DNA of 42,065 bases. Source: a virus (taxonomy: Duplodnaviria > Caudoviricetes). Every line of letters begins with the position of its first letter. The stretch's first letter is position 1. Location of the stretch: positions 1 to 42,065 of the IMG/VR virus record IMGVR_UViG_3300037790_000132; one strand, 5' to 3'. Both the position numbers and the translations under genes were made by a program. Shown in pieces: positions 37,354-42,065 of this stretch. Below the pieces are notes generated by a model. That model did no database searches. It worked only from the letters and a program-made list of their open reading frames with translations, and had not been told where the DNA came from.

Positions 37354-38851
37354 GTCTAAGCCACGCATTAATTCACGGGCTTATGGTGCCCTAGTTCGTA
37401 TGTTTGAACAAAATCAATTGGACCCTAGCTTTTCGTCGTTGATAACAGAACTCCCAAACCCTGACCCAATTTTACGTAAAGCAGGTAAAAACACGGCTAT
37501 TTATGAAGAAATAGCCCGTGACGCGCACATTATTGGTGAGCTTCGTTCATTGCGTAGCGGTTTATATAGCTTTAATACAGAGTTAGTGCCTGGTGGTACC
37601 GATGCGGCCAGTATGAAAAGTTACGAATTAGCAAAACAGTTTTTCAAGCGTAAACCGTGTAAGCATACAGAGTGGGCCGATATGGATTGGCACAACTACA
37701 GTGCTATTTTACATGGCTTTAGTGTGACGCATTTGGGCAAGTTTATTAAACGTGATGGTACGTGGCAGCCTGAATTTGTTGAAACGTGGCGTAATAGCCG
37801 CTTTGCATTTAATAGCGGTCACGCACTGCTTGTAAAAACAAGAGAAAACCCTAAAGGTGAAGAAGTAGACCCGCGTCGTTGGTCGTGCGTTCGGCATATG
37901 CCCAGTGCAACAAACCCCTATGGCATAGCACTACTGAGCAGCTGTTTTTGGCCGTGGATGTTTAAGCACGGTGGCTTTAAGTTCTTTGTTCAATTTTGTG
38001 AGCGTTTTGGTGTACCGTTCCCTGTTGGTAAATACCCTATTGGCGCAAAAGATGCTGATATAGACAGTCTTTTAAATGGGCTTGCTAAGTTAGTTCAAGA
38101 CGGTATAGCCGCAATACCTAACGATACCAGTATTGAAGTACTTGAAAGTAAGTTATCAGGTGAGCCAATACCTGAGCGTTTAATTAATTTCTGTAATGCT
38201 GAAATGAGTAAGGCGCTCACCAGCCAAACATTGGCCACAGAGCAAAAGAACGGTGGCGCACGTGCAGCCAGTGAAACACATGCTAAACGCGCTGGCGATA
38301 ATCAACGCGCAGATAGGGCGCTTGTTGCGTCTTACCGCAATCAGATCATTAACACGCTTCACACTGTCAATTTTGAGGGTGGCGAGCCGCCGCAATTCAT
38401 CTTTAAAGACAAGCGCGAAATTAATACCGATACGGTAAGCCGCGTTCGCGAGTCTGCACGCTTGGTACCTGTAAGCACTGACTACGTATACAAAGAGTTA
38501 TGTATACCAAAACCTAAACCAGGTGAAGACATTTTAGAAGTGCCAGATGATGGCCAAGGTATAGCTTCGGCTGCTAAGAGCACAGAGTTTGCTAAGCCTG
38601 ATTCTGCTAGTACTGAAATTAGCGATGAGTTTGATGTATTCGATCACGCGTCAAATGACACCATTGAAACAATTTGGCATTTTGCCCAAGCATCAAAAGA
38701 CCTAGACGAACTTAAGCAAAAAATAACCTCACAATTCCCAACTATCTCTGAGTCTGCTTTAGCACAAGTGGCTGAGCAAGCTATGCAATATGAGTTTATG
38801 GCGGGTTTGAACGAGGCTAATTCTAAAACTGTGGAGATAGACGATGAATAA
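37346..38851 (+). CDS. Portal protein (Mu gp29/DUF935)
   Basis: NPYGIALL, FCERFGVP and CNAEMSKALTSQTL motifs. Confidence 0.92.
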   Translation: MFKSKPRINSRAYGALVRMFEQNQLDPSFSSLITELPNPDPILRKAGKNTAIYEEIARDAHIIGELRSLRSGLYSFNTELVPGGTDAASMKSYELAKQFFKRKPCKHTEWADMDWHNYSAILHGFSVTHLGKFIKRDGTWQPEFVETWRNSRFAFNSGHALLVKTRENPKGEEVDPRRWSCVRHMPSATNPYGIALLSSCFWPWMFKHGGFKFFVQFCERFGVPFPVGKYPIGAKDADIDSLLNGLAKLVQDGIAAIPNDTSIEVLESKLSGEPIPERLINFCNAEMSKALTSQTLATEQKNGGARAASETHAKRAGDNQRADRALVASYRNQIINTLHTVNFEGGEPPQFIFKDKREINTDTVSRVRESARLVPVSTDYVYKELCIPKPKPGEDILEVPDDGQGIASAAKSTEFAKPDSASTEISDEFDVFDHASNDTIETIWHFAQASKDLDELKQKITSQFPTISESALAQVAEQAMQYEFMAGLNEANSKTVEIDDE

Positions 38852-39458
38852 CATTCCTGAAGGTTACTTAAAAGACGGTAAAGGCAATTTGGTTGCAATT
38901 GCTAACGTTAAACAAACGGATTTGATCAAAGATGAGTTTGTACAAAAAGCCTGTGCGAAAGCACTTGAAATGCAGGAAAAGTTAGCTGAGTTCAAACGTT
39001 CATTGATGGCTGAAGCTGACGACTTTATAGAGCTTTTAGCGCAAGAACATGGTGTTAGTTTAGGTGGCAAGAAAGGCAATACGCAGTTACGTTCATTCGA
39101 CAATACTTTGCGCGTAAATATTCAAACACAAGAACGTATCGAGCTTGGCCCAGAGCTATCCCTTGCTAAAAAGCTGATTGATGAGTGCCTAGATGAATGG
39201 ACCGAAGGCGGCAATCAAAACATACGAGCCATTGTCAGTAAAACGTTTAATACCGATAAGCAAGGATCATTAAACCCGCAACGTATCCTTGCTTTACGCA
39301 AGCTTGAAATCACTGATGAAAGCGGTAAATGGCAAAAGGCGATGAATATCATTGCAGAGTCTGTAGGTGTTATCGATTCATGCCGTTTTATCCGCTTTTA
39401 CAAGCAGGACGAGAAAGGCATTGAACAAGCTATTTCACTTGATATAGCAAAGCTGTAG
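38844..39458 (+). CDS. DUF3164-family protein of Mu-like phages
   Basis: GYLKDGKGNLV, GGKKGNTQLRSFD, AKKLIDECLDEWT and ISLDIAKL motifs. Confidence 0.85.
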   Translation: MNNIPEGYLKDGKGNLVAIANVKQTDLIKDEFVQKACAKALEMQEKLAEFKRSLMAEADDFIELLAQEHGVSLGGKKGNTQLRSFDNTLRVNIQTQERIELGPELSLAKKLIDECLDEWTEGGNQNIRAIVSKTFNTDKQGSLNPQRILALRKLEITDESGKWQKAMNIIAESVGVIDSCRFIRFYKQDEKGIEQAISLDIAKL

Positions 39459-39468
39459 CGGGGCGCTT

Positions 39469-40011
39469 ATGGAACCAATCACAATTGCACTTGGTCTTGC
39501 TAAACTAACTGGCCTTGATAAAAAAATAGGTAACTGGATAGGGGGCACAAATGGTGAAGCGGTTGCTTCAAAAGTCGTTGATATAGCCCAAACCTTAACG
39601 GGGTCAGCTTCACCAGAAGAAGCGTTAAACCGTATTAAAGACTCTGATAAATACGCGCATGAGTTAAGAACCACATTACTCAATCGAGAGAAAGAGCTTG
39701 ACGAACTTGCGTTTAAAAACACCCAAAGTGCACGCAATATGCAGATCCAAGCACTTAATCAAGATGATAAGTTTTCTAAACGCTTCATCTATTATTATGC
39801 GTGGTTTTGGTCAATTACCACGGCTCTATATATAGGTTTTATCACGTTTATGCCTATTCCTGAGAGCTCTACACGCTTTGCGGATACTATTTTAGGCTTT
39901 GTTTTAGGCACTGTTATCGCGTCAATATTGAATTTCTTCTTTGGTAATAGCCGTGATAACTCACGCAGGAACGAAATTCAGGACATTCAACAGTCATTAA
40001 AAGAGCACTAA
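39469..40011 (+). CDS. Holin-like membrane protein
   Basis: MEPITIALGLA and NTQSARNMQ, two C-terminal TM helices, and NFFFGNSR. Confidence 0.6.
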   Translation: MEPITIALGLAKLTGLDKKIGNWIGGTNGEAVASKVVDIAQTLTGSASPEEALNRIKDSDKYAHELRTTLLNREKELDELAFKNTQSARNMQIQALNQDDKFSKRFIYYYAWFWSITTALYIGFITFMPIPESSTRFADTILGFVLGTVIASILNFFFGNSRDNSRRNEIQDIQQSLKEH

Positions 40012-40012
40012 A

Positions 40013-41155
40013 ATGGCTCTATCAGCTCCAAAATATGGCGACCTTGTTAAATTCAAGGAAGCCATTTCACACTTTCAAGACAAAATTAAGCTAACAAGTG
40101 AGTCATATAAAGACTTACAGGGTTTAATTCACGCCAAAGCTTTCACTGTTGCGGGTGCAACAGAAATCGAGATCCTTAACGAGCTATATAAAGCTGTAGA
40201 TAAAGCAATAAGTGATGGCGAGACCATATCGGACTTTAGAAAGCGCTTTGATAAAATTGTTGATGATCACGGTTGGTCTTATAAAGATAAGCGTGGCTGG
40301 CGAACTCAAGTAATTTACCAGAACAACAAAAACACAGCGCGAGCAGCAGGGCGCTGGGAACAACAAAACCGATTAAAAGAACGTAGACCTTATTTACTGT
40401 ATTTAACTGCGGGTGATAGCCGAGTTAGGCCTGAACACAATAAATGGAATTATATATTACTGCCTGTAAATCATCCGTTTTGGGACACGCATTATCCGCC
40501 AAATGGCTATAACTGCCGATGTAAGGTGGTTTCACTGAATAAACGTGATATTGCACGTATGGGCTTATCGATCACTAAACCAGAGTCTGTTAATAAGTTC
40601 ATGGAATCATTCAAGGTCGTCGATGCATCAACAGGTGAAGAACTAGATAAGTTATCTGGCATAGATCTAGGTTGGGACTATAATCCAGGTAAAGCGTGGT
40701 TAGGTGCAGACATTGCGGCTGGTAAGTCAGTGGTGAAGTTATCGGAAGAACTACAACAACTAGCGGTGCCACAATTTAATGAAGCTGTTTTGAAGTCACA
40801 GCAATATTATAAAAAGCAGGTAAATTTAAAAGCAGCTCAGATTACACTTAAAAAACCGATGGTAGATGGAAAAGAATTTACGTTAGGGCACTTGCCTGCA
40901 TTTTTCCTAAATGAGCTGTCACGAAAAAACGCACCTATATATAGTAGCGCTGTTACGATTAGCAGCTCGCAAATTGAAAAACTGTTAGCTGGCCAATTAT
41001 CTGTTGAGCAAATTCACCAGCTAATGAACGCTATTCAAAAGCCAAATGCGTACACATATATAGATAACAAAATTAAAATGACGTACCAAGACTTTATGAT
41101 CACAATTGAACTGGGACCAAACTTTAATACAGTCATAGCAGCAGAAAAGATTTAA
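40013..41155 (+). CDS. MuF (gp30/SPP1 gp7-like) head morphogenesis protein with C-terminal extension
   Basis: AFTVAG, DSRVRPEH, YPPNGYNCRC and GWDYNPG motifs, followed by about 130 extra residues. Confidence 0.9.
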   Translation: MALSAPKYGDLVKFKEAISHFQDKIKLTSESYKDLQGLIHAKAFTVAGATEIEILNELYKAVDKAISDGETISDFRKRFDKIVDDHGWSYKDKRGWRTQVIYQNNKNTARAAGRWEQQNRLKERRPYLLYLTAGDSRVRPEHNKWNYILLPVNHPFWDTHYPPNGYNCRCKVVSLNKRDIARMGLSITKPESVNKFMESFKVVDASTGEELDKLSGIDLGWDYNPGKAWLGADIAAGKSVVKLSEELQQLAVPQFNEAVLKSQQYYKKQVNLKAAQITLKKPMVDGKEFTLGHLPAFFLNELSRKNAPIYSSAVTISSSQIEKLLAGQLSVEQIHQLMNAIQKPNAYTYIDNKIKMTYQDFMITIELGPNFNTVIAAEKI

Positions 41156-41228
41156 AGATTGCTCGCTCAGAATATTTAAAGAGCATTTAAATGACGTTTA
41201 AAGTGCGTTTAAAGAAAAGTTAAACGAT

Positions 41229-41437
41229 CAGGAATGATCTAATTCTAAACGTAAAATGAGCAGGAATGATCAGATAATGAGTCAGTTTGAACATGTTTCG
41301 TCTAAAAACAAGCGTAATTCAAAAATCATGAATTTTCGGCTTGGGTTTATCTGAGGTCAGTATTTACAGGCTTTTCCAAAACACTAGGGCGAAAATCTCC
41401 ATACCTCCATAATTCTAGAAATGAACAACCCCTTACA
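41229..41437. other. Candidate prophage right end (attR) with transposase-binding-like repeats
   Basis: CAGGAATGATC occurs twice (41229, 41261) with related AATGA motifs. A terminal CA is possible at 41437 (CCCCTTACA) or 41293. Confidence 0.5.
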
Positions 41438-41457
41438 CTAATATACATAAATATGTT

Positions 41458-41485
41458 ATTTAACATAATATGAATTATAGGAAGT
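41458..41485 (-). other. dif-like XerC/XerD recombination site
   Basis: Minus strand reads ACTTCCTATAA-TTCATA-TTATGTTAAAT. The XerD arm matches E. coli dif 11/11 and the XerC arm 6/11, with a 6-bp spacer. Confidence 0.7.
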
Positions 41486-41669
41486 TGGGTATCTGTACAT
41501 AGCCATACCTATTCTCCATGCATACTAAGTCCAATACTAGACGGTATCGGACATTAAGAAGGTGTTTTATCATATTATTCATTTTATTAGTGTCTGTTTC
41601 TTGAGCTTACTTATCTCATGACTTATATTAAAACTATCAACTTGAGATGTAACGATAAGATGTAACAAT

Positions 41670-42065
41670 ATGGAATTTGTGAAGCCGTTGGAACCTATTT
41701 TGATAATTGATGATATGCAAGACATCAGAGATTATCTAAACCAAATTTTGACTGGTCTTGGCTTTGAAGATATTTTAGAAAGTCGAGATTTTGAATCAGC
41801 TAAAACTGTTATCGAAGAAAAGTCACCGAATGTTATCTTTCTTGATATTGAGCTACCCAATACTGATGGTACGGAAATTCTTGAATACTTAAACGACCAT
41901 CATCCACATACACATGTTGTTATGTGCTCTGGCCATAACAGTCTTGAGAATGTTCAAAACACTTGGGAACTTGGTGCTAAAGGTTTTATCGCCAAACCAT
42001 TCAACGCAAAAAAAGTCGACTCTGTTATGAAACGTCTAGAATTGATGGAAACCATAACAAATTAA
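41670..42065 (+). CDS. Host single-domain response regulator (CheY-like)
   Basis: LIIDD, phospho-acceptor FLDIELP and GFIAKPF. Confidence 0.92.
   Translation: MEFVKPLEPILIIDDMQDIRDYLNQILTGLGFEDILESRDFESAKTVIEEKSPNVIFLDIELPNTDGTEILEYLNDHHPHTHVVMCSGHNSLENVQNTWELGAKGFIAKPFNAKKVDSVMKRLELMETITN

Larger units (their letters stand above)
1..41437. mobile_element. Mu-like transposable prophage with siphovirus-type tail; left end outside window
   Basis: Carries DDE transposase, AAA MuB, Ner, GemA and Mor, plus Mu-type terminase, portal, gpF, gpG, gpI and gp36. A tail module is present with no sheath gene. Each function occurs once. The right boundary is approximate. Confidence 0.93.

Noticed and set aside
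41175-41224. TTTAAA arrays as CRISPR or VNTR
   Set aside because: The units are 6 bp with 5-bp variable spacers and no cas genes are present. Kept instead as phased structural motifs.
41281-41293. TTTGAACA at 41293 as the definitive right end
   Set aside because: Related AATGA-type motifs continue to about 41424 and another CA terminus occurs at 41437. This cannot be settled without the left end and target duplication.

Overview
Nearly the whole window (1 to about 41.4 kb) is one Mu-like transposable prophage with a non-contractile (sipho-type) tail. The host is probably a marine gammaproteobacterium (inference only). The layout is unusual. The CI/Ner switch sits mid-genome. Protease, capsid and all tail genes run leftward on the minus strand (20501 to 1). 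Transposase A/B, GemA, Mor, lysis genes, terminase, portal and MuF run rightward on the plus strand (26.7-41.2 kb). Three AT-rich cargo sites interrupt the phage backbone. (i) Two related membrane-protein genes lie in tandem between tape measure and distal tail genes, with duplicated flanks. (ii) A roughly 5.3-kb island at 20.6-25.9 kb holds several membrane proteins, a coupled two-gene module and a compact retron-like system. That system comprises a promoter, a 150-nt a1/a2-closed ncRNA, a 57-aa hydrophobic peptide and a 254-aa YMDD reverse transcriptase. (iii) An antisense FRG-domain gene lies at the middle/late boundary. Non-coding signals found by eye include a conserved late-promoter motif in four copies, hairpins overlapping the predicted late start sites, and five 11-bp-phased TTTAAA arrays. 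There is also a -1 frameshift site, a candidate right end near 41437 and a dif-like Xer site just beyond it. A host CheY-like gene ends the window, and the left prophage end lies outside it. All family assignments come from motif recognition and synteny, not database searches.
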